The notes beneath the pieces were generated by a model that made no database searches, was not told the DNA's origin, and saw nothing but the letters and a program-made list of their open reading frames with translations. A stretch of DNA of 64,000 nucleotides from Escherichia coli (GTDB lineage Bacteria; Pseudomonadota; Gammaproteobacteria; Enterobacterales; Enterobacteriaceae): NCBI RefSeq assembly GCF_016026235.1, contig NZ_CP065613.1; one strand, given 5' to 3'. The translations under genes were made by a program, and so were the position numbers. Positions 30,973 through 42,056 of this stretch are shown one piece after another (positions within the stretch are counted from its first letter, which is position 1; every line of letters starts with the position of its first letter).

Positions 30973-31506
30973 ATGAGCGCAAAAATCAAATACGGCCTGT
31001 CGGCTGCTGTTCTGGCGCTGATTGCCGCAGGCGCGTCTGCTCCCCAGATACTTGACCAGTTTCTGAACGAAAAAGAGGGTAATCACACAACGGCATACCG
31101 TGATGGTTCTGGCATATGGACCATCTGTCGTGGTGCCACAATGGTGGATGGTAAGCCTGTCATACCGGGAATGAAGCTGTCGAAGGAAAAATGTGACCAG
31201 GTTAACGCTATTGAACGTGATAAGGCGCTGGCATGGGTGGAGCGCAATATTAAAGTACCTCTGACCGAACCACAAAAAGCGGGTATAGCGTCATTTTGCC
31301 CCTATAACATTGGCCCCGGTAAGTGTTTCCCGTCGACGTTTTATAAGCGGCTGAATGCCGGTGATCGTAAGGGCGCATGCGAGGCGATTCGCTGGTGGAT
31401 AAAAGATGTTGGGCGCGATTGCCGCATACGTTCAAATAACTGCTATGGACAGGTTATTCGTCGTGACCAGGAAAGCGCATTAGCCTGTTGGGGGATAGAT
31501 CAATGA
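30973..31506 (+). CDS. SAR endolysin (T4-lysozyme-like muramidase)
   Basis: 177 aa; N-terminal hydrophobic signal-anchor-release segment ([16 protein letters not shown]) followed by E…D…T catalytic triad region. Confidence 0.8.
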   Translation: MSAKIKYGLSAAVLALIAAGASAPQILDQFLNEKEGNHTTAYRDGSGIWTICRGATMVDGKPVIPGMKLSKEKCDQVNAIERDKALAWVERNIKVPLTEPQKAGIASFCPYNIGPGKCFPSTFYKRLNAGDRKGACEAIRWWIKDVGRDCRIRSNNCYGQVIRRDQESALACWGIDQ

Positions 31507-31970
31507 GCAGAGTCACCGCGATTATCTCCGCTCTGGTTATCTGCATCATCGTCTGCCTGTCATGGGCTGTTAATCATTACCGTGATAACGCCATTACCTA
31601 CAAAGAGCAGCGCGACAAAAACGCAAGAGAACTGAAGCTGGCGAACGCAACCATTACTGACATGCAGCAGCGCCAGCGTTCTGTTGATGCACTCGATGCT
31701 AAATACACGAAGGAGTTAGCTGATGCGAAAGCTGAAAATGATGCTCTTCGGCGCAAGCTTGATAATGGTGGTCGGGTGCTCGTCAAAGGAAAATGCCCTG
31801 TGCCAGCCTCAGCCAAAACCTCCAGCGCCTCCGGCATGGGCAATGATGCCACCGTCGAACTCTCTTCAGTTGCTGGACGAAACGTTCTCGGTATCCGGGA
31901 CGGAATTATCCGCGACCAAACAGCACTGAGAACGCTTCAGGAATACATCAATACGCAATGCCTGAATTAA
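31503..31970 (+). CDS. Rz i-spanin
   Basis: ATGA overlap with the endolysin stop; N-terminal TM helix and coiled-coil periplasmic domain. Confidence 0.7.
   Translation: MSRVTAIISALVICIIVCLSWAVNHYRDNAITYKEQRDKNARELKLANATITDMQQRQRSVDALDAKYTKELADAKAENDALRRKLDNGGRVLVKGKCPVPASAKTSSASGMGNDATVELSSVAGRNVLGIRDGIIRDQTALRTLQEYINTQCLN
31723..31929 (+). CDS. Rz1 o-spanin lipoprotein, embedded in Rz in the +1 frame
   Basis: Signal peptide with lipobox (MVVGCSS) and proline-rich mature part. Confidence 0.65.
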   Translation: MRKLKMMLFGASLIMVVGCSSKENALCQPQPKPPAPPAWAMMPPSNSLQLLDETFSVSGTELSATKQH

Positions 31971-32011
31971 TCCCTCTGTATCAAAAACGAACTCAATTTG
32001 TTGGATAGTGA

Positions 32012-32323
32012 ATGAAAATTTATATTGCCGGGCCAATGACGGGATATGAGAACTTTAATCGTGACGCCTTTAATAAAGAGGCAGATCGTTTGTCACGACA
32101 TGGTCACTCTGTCTTGAATCCAGCCACTTTGCCTAATGGTCTGACACAACGTGAATACATGGATATTTGCTTTGCAATGCTTCGTTGTGCGGATGCTATT
32201 TTGATGCTTCCTGGCTGGAAAGCGTCTGCTGGAGCAACTGCTGAGTATCATTACGCATACAAGATGGAGATGCCGGTATTCACTACGCTGAATTACCCGC
32301 CAGCTTGTTCCTCTGCAGTATAA
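32012..32323 (+). CDS. Small protein with a nucleoside 2-deoxyribosyltransferase-like N-terminus (DUF4406-like)
   Basis: 103 aa beginning MKIYIAGPMTGYENFN…VLNPATLP…; sits between the lysis and packaging modules. Confidence 0.45.
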   Translation: MKIYIAGPMTGYENFNRDAFNKEADRLSRHGHSVLNPATLPNGLTQREYMDICFAMLRCADAILMLPGWKASAGATAEYHYAYKMEMPVFTTLNYPPACSSAV

Positions 32324-32869
32324 AAATCTCTTTGTTTCTCGTGTGCGATCGTGGTCGCTCGCTAAATTCCGCGCTGCATCGTCGCCGTATTTCCGCATTA
32401 ACTATGACCGTAGCCCGACGGGGAACTCCTTCTGCGCGAGTGTGCGGGAATAATCAAAAACGATGCACACCGGGTTTTTACCGCGTTTATGGTTCGCGGG
32501 TTTGTCCCTCATGCTCGCCAGTCCTGTGCGGGGGTGGAAGAAACAGGACACTTACACTGATTCTTGTGGGTACGATGCTATTCCTTTCTGGATTATCCCG
32601 ATGTCATTCATGCAGGGCGCTGTATCAGACGTTCGTCATGGCTGTCAGGCTGACGGGTCCTCCCGGTGGGGTGGCCTGCCACGGGGCGGGAGCGGCGCGG
32701 AAAAAGGCTAGTTTTTGAAATTTCATTCGTCATCACCACTACTGTAATGTATTGATATTACAGTGGTTTTATTTTTGTGCTGTCGGTTTTGATTGTTTTT
32801 TGTTCATCACTAACACCGTTTGCCTAAAGTTGTTCGCAAGATGCATGTTTAAAACATTCTGGAGCGGGT

Positions 32870-33363
32870 ATGGATCGAGAGTTAAAAAATCTGACGCTGA
32901 ATATCAGTCAACTGGCGGCACTGTCAGGTGTACATCGCCAGACTGCTGCGGCAAGGCTGCAAAATCTACCCGTTGCAGGGGGCATGAAAGCAACCTCAAG
33001 CTTTATCGGGTGGTTGATATTGTGTCGGCATTTCTGGCATTACCACCGCCGGTTGCAGAAGGCGAAATGGACGCGCATGAGCGCAAAGCCTGGTATCAGT
33101 CTGAACGTGAGCGTCTTAAGTTCGAACAGGAAACGGCACAACTCATTCCGGCCAGTGATGTCAGACGGGAGTTTGCCATCTGGGCAAAAGCGGTCGTGCA
33201 GGTGCTGGAGACATTACCGGATATTCTTGAACGTGACTGCGGTCTGCAGCCTGCCGCTGTGAGCCGTGTTCAGTCCATTATTGATGATCTGCGCGATCAG
33301 ATAGCCCTGCGGGTGACTGAAGCAGGTGCGGATGATGAGGAGGAATTACAGCAGGAGGAGTAA
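32870..33363 (+). CDS. Terminase small subunit, reading frame broken once
   Basis: N-terminal HTH-like segment (MDRELKNLTLNISQLAALSGVHRQTAAARL) in one frame, C-terminal part (…NLKLYRVVDIV…EEELQQEE) in the -1 frame; bridged by adding one G to the G5 run at 32978..32982. Confidence 0.6.
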
Positions 33364-35443
33364 TGCTGAATCAGGAAACCGCAAAGGCAGCACGAACCGA
33401 TTCAGGTTATATCCTTCGCGCACCAAGACGAATGCGGGTTGCTGATGCCGTTGCTCAGTATATGCGGGTGCCCATGGGGCAGGGAACTCAGTCCCGTGGG
33501 ATCCGCTGGTGGCACCGTATGTTATTGAGCCGATGAACTGCCTGGCCTCGCGTGAATACGACGCAGTGATATTTGTTGGCCCGGCACGAACCGGCAAGAC
33601 TATCGGCCTGATTGACGGCTGGGTGATTTACAACGTGATTTGCGATCCTGCTGATATGCTGATCATTCAGATGACGGAGGAAAAAGCCCGCGAACACTCC
33701 AAAAAACGACTCGCCAGAACGTTTCGCGTCAGCCCGGAAGTGGTCAGTCGCCTGAGTCCGAACAAAAATGACAACAACGTTTATGACAGAACATTCCTTG
33801 CTGGCAACTACCTGAAAATCGGCTGGCCGTCAGTCAATATCATGTCCTCATCAGATTATAAATGCGTCGCGCTGACGGATTATGACCGTTTTCCGGAAGA
33901 TATTGATGGTGAGGGGGATGCTTTCTCTCTTGCCTCAAAACGTACCACAACATTTATGTCCAGTGGTATGACGCTGGTGGAGAGTTCCCCCGGCAGGGAT
34001 GTGAAGGATGTGAAATGGCGACGGACTTCACCGCATGAGGCTCCACCAACCACGGGGATACTGTCGCTCTATAACCGTGGCGATCGCCGTCGCTGGTACT
34101 GGCCCTGTCCACACTGTGGTGAGTATTTTCAGCCCTGCGGCGATGTGGTTGCTGGTTTCCGTGATATTGCCGATCCCGTGCTGGCAAGTGAGGCGGCTTA
34201 TATTCAGTGTCCTTCCTGTTCAGGACGGATTATGCCTGAACAAAAACGTGAGCTGAACGGACGTGGGGTCTGGTTGCGGGATGGTGAATCCATCAATGCG
34301 GATGGCAGTCGTTATGGTGATCCCAGGCGTTCACGTATTGCGTCATTCTGGATGGAGGGTCCGGCAGCTGCTTACCAGACACTCTCGCAACTCGTTTACA
34401 AACTGCTTACTGCAGAACAGGAATACGAGACAACCGGAAGTGAAGAAACACTCAGGGCGGTTATCAACACCGACTGGGGATTACCTTATCTTCCCCGCGC
34501 CAGCATGGAGCAACGAAAAAGTGAACTGCTTGAGCAGCGGGCAGAGCCTGTTCCTCCCCGCTGCGTGCCGGATGGTGTTAATTTCCTGGCGGCGACAGTG
34601 GATGTGCAGGCGGGACGTCATCGCCGTTTTGTGGTTCAGGTAACGGGTTATGGTTGCCGTGGCGAACGCTGGATTATTGATCGTTACAACATCACGCAGT
34701 CATTGCGTTGTGACAACAACGGAGAAAGCCTGCGAATTGATCCTGCTGGTTATCCTGAGGACTGGGATGTCCTGCTGACGGATGTTTTTCATAAAAGCTG
34801 GCCGTTGGCCTCCGATCCTTCTCAACAAATGCGACTGATGGCAATGGCGGTGGACTCCGGCGGTGAAGACGGGGTCACTGATAATGCCTATAAATTCTGG
34901 CGTCGTTGCCGTCGTGATGGCCTTGGTAAACGTATTTACCTGTTTAAGGGCGACAGCATCCGGCGCGCAAAACTGATCACCCGTACATTCCCTGATAACA
35001 CCGGACGAACGGGCCGACGGGCGCAGGCCGCAGGTGATGTGCCGCTCTGGCTTCTTCAGACGGATGCCCTGAAAGACCGGGTGAATAACGCGTTATGGCG
35101 TGACTCGCCAGGTCCCGGCTATGTGCATTTCCCTGACTGGCTGGGGAGCTGGTTTTACGACGAACTGACGTATGAAGAGCGGAGCAGTGACGGGAAATGG
35201 AGTAAGCCGGGTCGAGGTGCCAACGAAGCTTTTGACCTGATGGTGTATGCCGAGGCTCTGGTCATTCTGCATGGTTACGAGAAAATTCAGTGGCCGGATG
35301 CGCCGGAATGGGCATGCAGGGAAACCTGGCTGGAGCGTGTCAGGGACGATGCCGGACTGTCAGCCTCGCCGGAGCCGGTATCCGTGTCCGTTAAAAAAAG
35401 AAACGAAAAAAAGTGGTGCCTGATGAAGAAAACCCATGGGTGA
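33363..35443 (+). CDS. Terminase large subunit (lambda gpA-like)
   Basis: Walker A VGPARTGKT and CPHCG zinc-finger-like motif; TAATG coupling with SD GAGGAG at 33363, but the frame then needs +1 C near 33493..33495; alternative in-frame ATG at 33446. Confidence 0.75.
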
Positions 35444-35672
35444 CTTCCGGAGGATGGTTGTGAACCAGAATGATATTGAAGCCATGATCCATCGTTATAT
35501 CAATGCGGAAATGGCAGTGCTGGACGGAAAGTCCATTACTTTTAATGGTCAGCAGATGACCATGGAAAACTTATCCGAGATCCGACAGGGGCGGCAGGAG
35601 TGGGAACGTCGCCTTGCGACTCTGGCTGCGCGGCGACGGGGGACGCCGGGCTATAAACTGGCGAGGTTCTGA
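35436..35672 (+). CDS. Head-tail joining protein (gpW-like)
   Basis: 78 aa with C-terminal RRRGTPGY resembling lambda W; sits between terminase and portal. Confidence 0.45.
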   Translation: MGDFRRMVVNQNDIEAMIHRYINAEMAVLDGKSITFNGQQMTMENLSEIRQGRQEWERRLATLAARRRGTPGYKLARF

Positions 35673-37176
35673 TGGCAATTCTTGATGATGTGATTGGTGT
35701 TTTTTCACCTGGCTGGAAAGCTGCGAGATTGCGCTCAAGGGCATTAATTCGTGCCTATGAGGCAGTGAAGCCTACTCGTACACATAAAGCCCGGCGGGAA
35801 AATCGTTCTGCCGACCAGCTCAGTAAGTACGGTGCAGTTTCCCTGCGGGAGCAGGCTCGTTTTCTGGACATCAATCATGATCTGGTAATCGGTGTTTTCG
35901 ACAAACTTGAGGAACGGGTGATTGGTGCAAAAGGGATCGTTGTCGAACCCCAGCCATTACTGAAGAACGGTGATATAGCCACAGAGCTGGCAATGATTAT
36001 CCGTCGCTTGTGGGTGGAATGGTCTGTCAGTCCGGATGTGACCGGGCAGTATACGCGCCCCATGCTCGAGCGTCTGCTGCTGCGTACCTGGTTACGTGAT
36101 GGTGAAGTGTTTGCCCAGCTGGTTCGTGGTGCCGGCGGCGGGCTGGTGCGGACTGCTGGCGTGCCTTTCTGGATCGAGGCAATGGAGCCGGATTTTGTGC
36201 CCATGCTCAGTGATGAATCTGTGGGGTTGAATCAGGGTGTTTTTCTGGATGACTGGGGCAGACCGAAAAAATACCTGGTTTATAAAAATCATCCGACTAC
36301 CGGGCGGCTGAGTGATACCAAAGAGATCGTTGCCGAAAATATGGTGCATCTGAAATTTACCCGTCGTCTGCATCAGACGCGTGGTACATCCATGTTGTCA
36401 GGTGTGCTGATGCGGATCAGTGCGCTTAAGGAATATGAAGATGCTGAGCTGACAGCGGCGCGTGTTGCTGCGGCTCTGGGGCTGTATATCCGTAAAGGAG
36501 ATGGGCAGGATTATGAAGACGCCACGATAAATAAAGATAATGACCGGGAACTGCATATCACCCCTGGCATTATTTATGACGATTTGCGCAAGGGGAAGAT
36601 ATTGGCATGGTCAAATCTGATCGGCCCAATCCTAACCTTGAAACTTTTCGTAACGGGCAGCTGCGTGCGGTGGCCGCAGGCAGTCGTATGAGTTTTTCCA
36701 GTGCGGCGCGCAATTACAACGGTACCTACAGCGCTCAGCGACAGGAGCTGGTCGAGTCCACTGACGGGTATCTGATCCTGCAGGACTGCTTTATTGGTGC
36801 TGTAACCCGTCCCGTGTACCGGACGTGGCTGAACATGGTGGTAGCAGCAGGTCTGCTGAAAATCCCGTCGGATGTGGATATGAAAACGTTGTGTAACGCA
36901 ACATATTCCGGTCCGGTCATGCCGTGGATTGATCCGGTTAAGGAGGCTGAGGCCTGGAAAATCCAGATTCGCGGTGGAGCGGCGACAGAATCAGACTGGG
37001 TGCGAGCAGGTGGGCGTAATCCGGATGATGTCAAACGTCGGCGCAAGGCTGAAATTGATGAAAACCGCAAGCTGGGTCTGATATTTGATACCGATCCGGC
37101 CAGTGATAAAGGAGGCAGCAGTGTCGCAACGAAACGACAGGAGCCGCAGCACACCGACGGCCAGTCCGAAGAATAA
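35672..37176 (+). CDS. Portal protein, reading frame broken once
   Basis: 339-aa N-terminal ORF and 189-aa C-terminal ORF in the -1 frame; adding one G to the G4 run at 36592..36595 joins them (…LRKGEDIGMVKSDRPNPN…). Confidence 0.75.
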
Positions 37177-39180
37177 TTCCTGGTTCAGGATGCAGGCAGG
37201 TCACCAGAGTGACGCGGATATTTATATTTATGACGAGATTGGTTTCTGGGGTGTTACGGCGAAGCAGTTTATCAGCGATCTGAATGCACTGGGCGATATC
37301 ACCCACATTAATCTCCATATCAATTCACCGGGTGGCGATGTCTTTGAAGGCATCGCCATTTTTAATGCACTGAAAACACATGGTGCGTCCATTACCGTTT
37401 ATGTCGACGGTGTGGCGGCATCAATGGCGTCGGTCATTGCGATGGTGGGAAACCCGGTCATTATGCCGGAAAACACCTTCATGATGATTCATAAACCATT
37501 TGGCTTTACGGGCGGTGATGCGGAGGACATGCGCACCTATGCCGACCTGCTCGATAAAGTTGAGGCGGTTCTGTTACCCGCTTATGCACAGAAAACCGGG
37601 AAAACCACCGATGAAGTTGCTGCCATGCTGGCGGATGAGACCTGGATGTCCGGTGCCGAATGTCTGGCACATGGATTTGCTGATCAGGTGACGCCAGCCG
37701 TTAAGGCAATGGCATGTATTCAGTCAAAACGTACAGAGGAATTTAAAAAGATGCCGGAATCCATTCGAAACATGATTACTCCGCCACGCAACAGTGCAAC
37801 GCGTGAACCTGAAAACAAAAATACTGCATCTCAGACACAGGAGCAGACTACGGCTCAGGTTGCCACAACCGCGACCACCACAAATGCACCTTCCGCAGAT
37901 GAAAGCAGTATCCGTGCGCAGGTACTGGCAGAGCAAAAAGCACGTGTGAGTGGTATTAATGAACTGTTTGGTATGTTTGGCGGGCGTTATCAGACATTGC
38001 AGGCCAGTTGTCTTTCCGATCCGGAGTGCTCGCTTGAGCAGGCCCGTGAGAAATTACTTAACGAAATGGGTAAGGAATTTTCACCATCAAATAAAAATAC
38101 CCCGGCCCATATTTATGCCGGAAACGGTAATTTTGTGGGGGACGGGATCCGCCAGGCGCTGATGGCGCGTGCCGGGTTTGAAAAAACTGAACGTGATAAT
38201 GTCTACAACGGGATGACCCTGCGTGAATATGCCCGTATGTCACTGACTGAACGGGGTATTGGGGTTTCCGGTTATAACCCGATGCAGATGGTCGGGGCAG
38301 CGTTCACACACAGTACGTCTGACTTCGGTAATATTCTGCTGGATGTTGCGAACAAAGCCATTCTGCAGGGCTGGGAAGATGCCCCTGAAACCTATGAACA
38401 GTGGACGCGGAAAGGTCAGCTGTCTGATTTTAAAATTGCCCATCGTGTGGGTATGGGGGCTTCAGTGCTCTGCGTCAGGTGCGTGAAGGAGCGGAATATA
38501 AATACGTTACTACCGGAGATAAACAGGCCACGATTGCACTGGCGACCTATGGTGAACTGTTCAGTATCACCCGTCAGGCCATTATCAACGATGATCTGAA
38601 TATGCTGACCGATGTCCCGATGAAACTGGGCCGTGCGGCAAAATCCACTATTGCCGATCTGGTTTATGCCATTCTGACGTCTAACCCGAAAATCTCCACA
38701 GATAATGTAAGTCTGTTCGATAAAGCGAAACATGCAAACGTACTGGAGAGCGCTGCAATGGACGTGGCATCGCTGGATAAAGCCCGCCAGTTGATGCGTG
38801 TTCAGAAAGAGGGTGAGCGTCATCTGAATATTCGTCCTGCGTTCGTACTGGTACCGACGGCGATGGAGTCTGTTGCTAACCAGGTCATTCGCTCCTCAAG
38901 TGTCAAGGGGGCTGACATTAACGCCGGTATTATTAACCCGGTGAAAGATTTTGCGACCGTTATTGCAGAGCCTCGTCTTGATGATAACAGCCAGACCACC
39001 TTCTACCTGGCTGCGTCCAAAGGCTCCGATACGATTGAAGTGGCTTATCTCAACGGTGTGGATACGCCATATATTGATCAGATGGAGGGCTTCAGTGTGG
39101 ATGGCGTGACAACGAAAGTGCGTATTGACGCTGGTGTCGCGCCAGTTGATCACCGCGGTCTGGTGAAATGTACGGCGTAA
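37121..39180 (+). CDS. Prohead protease (ClpP-like) fused to scaffold and major capsid protein, reading frame broken once
   Basis: N-terminal ClpP-like block (DIYIYDEIGFWGV…INSPGGDV…MIHKP); capsid-like C-terminus in the -1 frame from 38479; bridged by adding one G to the G5 run at 38455..38459; GTG start with SD GGAGG. Confidence 0.65.
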
Positions 39181-39266
39181 ACGTCGCAGATAACAACTCT
39201 GATGGCCCGTAAGGGCTTTTTTTGTACCTGAAATCAGCCCCTGAACGGGGCTGTGCGGAGACAGTT

Positions 39267-39590
39267 ATGGCAAAGAATTTTGTAGAAGAAGGGAAAACGG
39301 TGGCGATTGTTGCCAGTGCAGCCATCAGCAGCGGAGATCTGGTGCAGGTGGGTGATGTTTTTGCGGTGGCGCTGACCGATATTCCACAGGGTGAAACAGG
39401 CGACGGCCTGACCGAAGGTGTGTTTATGCTGCCTAAGCTGAAAACGGATGACATGAAAACGGGTAAGAAGGTTTTTCTGAAGTCCGGAAAAGTTCAGCTG
39501 ACTAACAGCGGCTCTGATCCGCTGGTCGGGGTTGTCTGGGCAGATGCCGGAGCTGGTGCAGAAGAAGTGCCGGTAAAACTCAATGTCTGA
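39267..39590 (+). CDS. Small head protein (108 aa), resembles DUF2190; decoration-protein position
   Basis: ORF with SD; role inferred from position. Confidence 0.4.
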   Translation: MAKNFVEEGKTVAIVASAAISSGDLVQVGDVFAVALTDIPQGETGDGLTEGVFMLPKLKTDDMKTGKKVFLKSGKVQLTNSGSDPLVGVVWADAGAGAEEVPVKLNV

Positions 39591-39858
39591 TCCCTTTTCC
39601 CGGCTGGCAGCGCGTATGGATGCGATCACGGTCAGAAAGATGGGAAAGATGGCCTCGATTAATGATGTTTATATGCCTGTGCTCCCGGGAGAAACTCTGG
39701 CAGAGCTGAACGCTCTGTCCGGACCGGCGGTCTCTCTGGTGGTGTTTTCTTCGGGATACCGCCCACGGCGCGGGGACCGCGTTGTTTATGACGGACAACA
39801 ATGGACGGTCACACGGCATGAACGCTTTAACGGTAAACCAATGATCTTTATTGAGTAA
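39583..39858 (+). CDS. Head-tail connector/adaptor-like protein
   Basis: 91-aa ORF in the head-completion gene position. Confidence 0.35.
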   Translation: MSDPFSRLAARMDAITVRKMGKMASINDVYMPVLPGETLAELNALSGPAVSLVVFSSGYRPRRGDRVVYDGQQWTVTRHERFNGKPMIFIE

Positions 39859-39869
39859 AGAGGTGTGGG

Positions 39870-40454
39870 ATGAAGGGGCTTGAGAATGCCATCCGTAATC
39901 TGAACAGCCTCGATACCCGCATGGTGCCACAGGCCAGCGCATGGGCGGTAAACCGTGTGGCGGCAAAGATTATTTCTGTCGCCACACGGCAGGTTGCGCA
40001 GAATACCGTTGCCGGGGATAACCAGGTGAAAGGTATTCCCCTGAAAACGGTCAGGGAGCGTGTCAGGCTGCTTAAAGCCAGCCCCTCAGGAAAAATGTAT
40101 GCCCGCATGCGTGTTAACCGGGGTAACCTGCCCGCCATTAAGCTGGGTACCGCACAGGTCAGACTGGCCCGCTCCCGGCATGGCAGCAACTCACGTCATC
40201 GTGGCAGCGTACTGAAAGTGGGGAAATACCTTTTCCGGGATGCGTTTATTCAGCAACTGGCGAATGGTCGCTGGCATGTGATGCGGCGTATTGACGGCAA
40301 AAATCGTTACCCCATTGATGTGGTGAAAATCCCGCTGTCCGGACCGCTGACACAGGCATTTGAAGATGCCCGCGACCGCATCATTGCTGCGGAAATGCCG
40401 AAACAGCTGGGGTATGCACTGAAACAACAACTGAGGTTATGGCTGACCCGATGA
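39870..40454 (+). CDS. Head-tail joining / tail completion protein
   Basis: 194-aa ORF; role from position. Confidence 0.35.
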   Translation: MKGLENAIRNLNSLDTRMVPQASAWAVNRVAAKIISVATRQVAQNTVAGDNQVKGIPLKTVRERVRLLKASPSGKMYARMRVNRGNLPAIKLGTAQVRLARSRHGSNSRHRGSVLKVGKYLFRDAFIQQLANGRWHVMRRIDGKNRYPIDVVKIPLSGPLTQAFEDARDRIIAAEMPKQLGYALKQQLRLWLTR

Positions 40455-40852
40455 ACCGACATACACAGATCCGCCAGGTCGTACTGGCACGCCTTCGGGA
40501 ACAGTGTGGAGACAGCGCCACGTTTTTTGACGGGCTTCCGGCATTTGTTGATGCGCAGGAACTGCCTGCCGTGGCGGTGTGGCTGAGTGATGCTCAGTAC
40601 ACCGGAAAAATGACGGATGAAGATGACTGGCAGGCTGTTCTGCATATTGCTGTCTTCATCCGGGCACAGGCACCGGATTCAGAGCTGGATATGTGGATGG
40701 AGAGCACCATTTTCCCGGCCCTGAATGATGTACCGGCACTTTCCGGACTCATCGACACCATGAACCCACTCGGTTTTAACTATCAACGTGATAATGAGAT
40801 GGCCACCTGGGCGATGGCGGAAATCACGTACCAGATCACGTACACGAATTAA
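40439..40852 (+). CDS. Tail terminator protein (gpU-like position)
   Basis: 137-aa ORF immediately before the major tail gene. Confidence 0.4.
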   Translation: MADPMNRHTQIRQVVLARLREQCGDSATFFDGLPAFVDAQELPAVAVWLSDAQYTGKMTDEDDWQAVLHIAVFIRAQAPDSELDMWMESTIFPALNDVPALSGLIDTMNPLGFNYQRDNEMATWAMAEITYQITYTN

Positions 40853-40862
40853 GGAGGTGGCA

Positions 40863-41603
40863 ATGACCACACCAAATCCACTGGCAAAAACGAAAGGTGC
40901 GGGAACGACGTTCTGGATGTACACCGGCAAGGGCGATGCGTTTGCGAACCCTTTGTCGGACACTGACTGGCTGCGTCTTGCGATGGTGAAGGATCTGCAA
41001 CCTGGCGAAATGACCGCTGATGCAGAAGATGACACTTATCTCGATGATGAAGATGCAGACTGGAAAACGACAACCCAGGGGCAGAAATCCGTCGGTGATA
41101 CTTTGGCGACGCTGGCCTGGCGTCCGGGTGACAGCGGGCAGAAAAAACTGGTTCAGTTGTTCGATTCCGGTGAAGTCTGCGCGTTTCGTATCAAATACCC
41201 CAACGGTACGGTTGATGTTTTCCGTGGCTGGCTGAGTTCACTGGGTAAAACCATTACCTCAAAAGAGGTGATGACCCGTACTGTAAAAATCAGCGGTGTG
41301 GGGCGTCCGTATCTGGCAGAGGAGGGCGCTGAAACCGTGGGTGTTACCGGACTGACGGTGGCACCGGCATCTGTCAGTGTCAAAGCGGGAGCAACCACCA
41401 CACTGACCTTTACAGTAAAACCTGACGGGGCCAGTGACAAAGCGATCAGTGTGCATTCGTCAGATCCTCAGACTGCTTCGGTGACCCTGAGCGGGCTTGT
41501 GGCCACGGTGAAAGGCGTGAAGCAGGGCAGTGTCAGCATCGTGGGCATGACCTCTGACGGAGAGTTTGTGGCAGTGGCTGCGGTGACCGTCAGCGCACCA
41601 TAA
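40863..41603 (+). CDS. Major tail protein (lambda gpV-like with C-terminal Ig-like domain)
   Basis: MTTPNPLAKTKGAGTTFWMYTGKGD…VDVFRGWLSS… closely resembles lambda V as I recall it. Confidence 0.8.
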   Translation: MTTPNPLAKTKGAGTTFWMYTGKGDAFANPLSDTDWLRLAMVKDLQPGEMTADAEDDTYLDDEDADWKTTTQGQKSVGDTLATLAWRPGDSGQKKLVQLFDSGEVCAFRIKYPNGTVDVFRGWLSSLGKTITSKEVMTRTVKISGVGRPYLAEEGAETVGVTGLTVAPASVSVKAGATTTLTFTVKPDGASDKAISVHSSDPQTASVTLSGLVATVKGVKQGSVSIVGMTSDGEFVAVAAVTVSAP

Positions 41604-41624
41604 CAGGACGATACTCATCATTGC

Positions 41625-41646
41625 CCCGGTTATCCGGGGCTTTTTG
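41625..41646 (+). terminator. Hairpin plus T-run after the major tail gene
   Basis: CCCCGGTTATCCGGGGCTTTTTG. Confidence 0.4.
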
Positions 41647-41658
41647 CATCCGGAGAAC

Positions 41659-42048
41659 ATGATGTTTCTGAAACAGGATACGTTTAATTATGAAAAACAG
41701 TCCGTGGTGCTCAGTGAGCTGTCCGGGCTGCAGAGAATTGAATATCTGACGTTTGTTCAGCAGCGAACGGCAAAGTTTGATGCACAGGAGGGAGAACTGC
41801 CGGAGGCTGAACGACAGATTGCTTTTCTGCGTATGGGAATGGATATCAATGCCTGGCTGGTTTCCCGCTCACTGTGGAATGCTGAGCAGTCTCAGGATGT
41901 TGAGACGCTTTGCGCATCCATTATGACAACATGGTCGTATGATGCGCTGGGCGCGGGGGCGGAGAGGGTTCTGTCGCTGAGCGGTATGGGGACCATTGAG
42001 AATGCCGGGGATGATGATCATGAGGCGCTGACGCCGGAAAAGTCCTGA
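41659..42048 (+). CDS. Tail assembly chaperone (gpG-like)
   Basis: Acidic about 130-aa protein preceding the tape-measure gene; ends at a Lys-codon slippery run. Confidence 0.6.
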   Translation: MMFLKQDTFNYEKQSVVLSELSGLQRIEYLTFVQQRTAKFDAQEGELPEAERQIAFLRMGMDINAWLVSRSLWNAEQSQDVETLCASIMTTWSYDALGAGAERVLSLSGMGTIENAGDDDHEALTPEKS

Positions 42049-42056
42049 CGCGGGAA

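Noticed and set aside
32305-32718. 137-aa and 82-aa ORFs in the pre-terminase region
   Set aside because: No SD, Cys/Arg/Gly-rich implausible composition; region treated as non-coding candidate cos or RNA.
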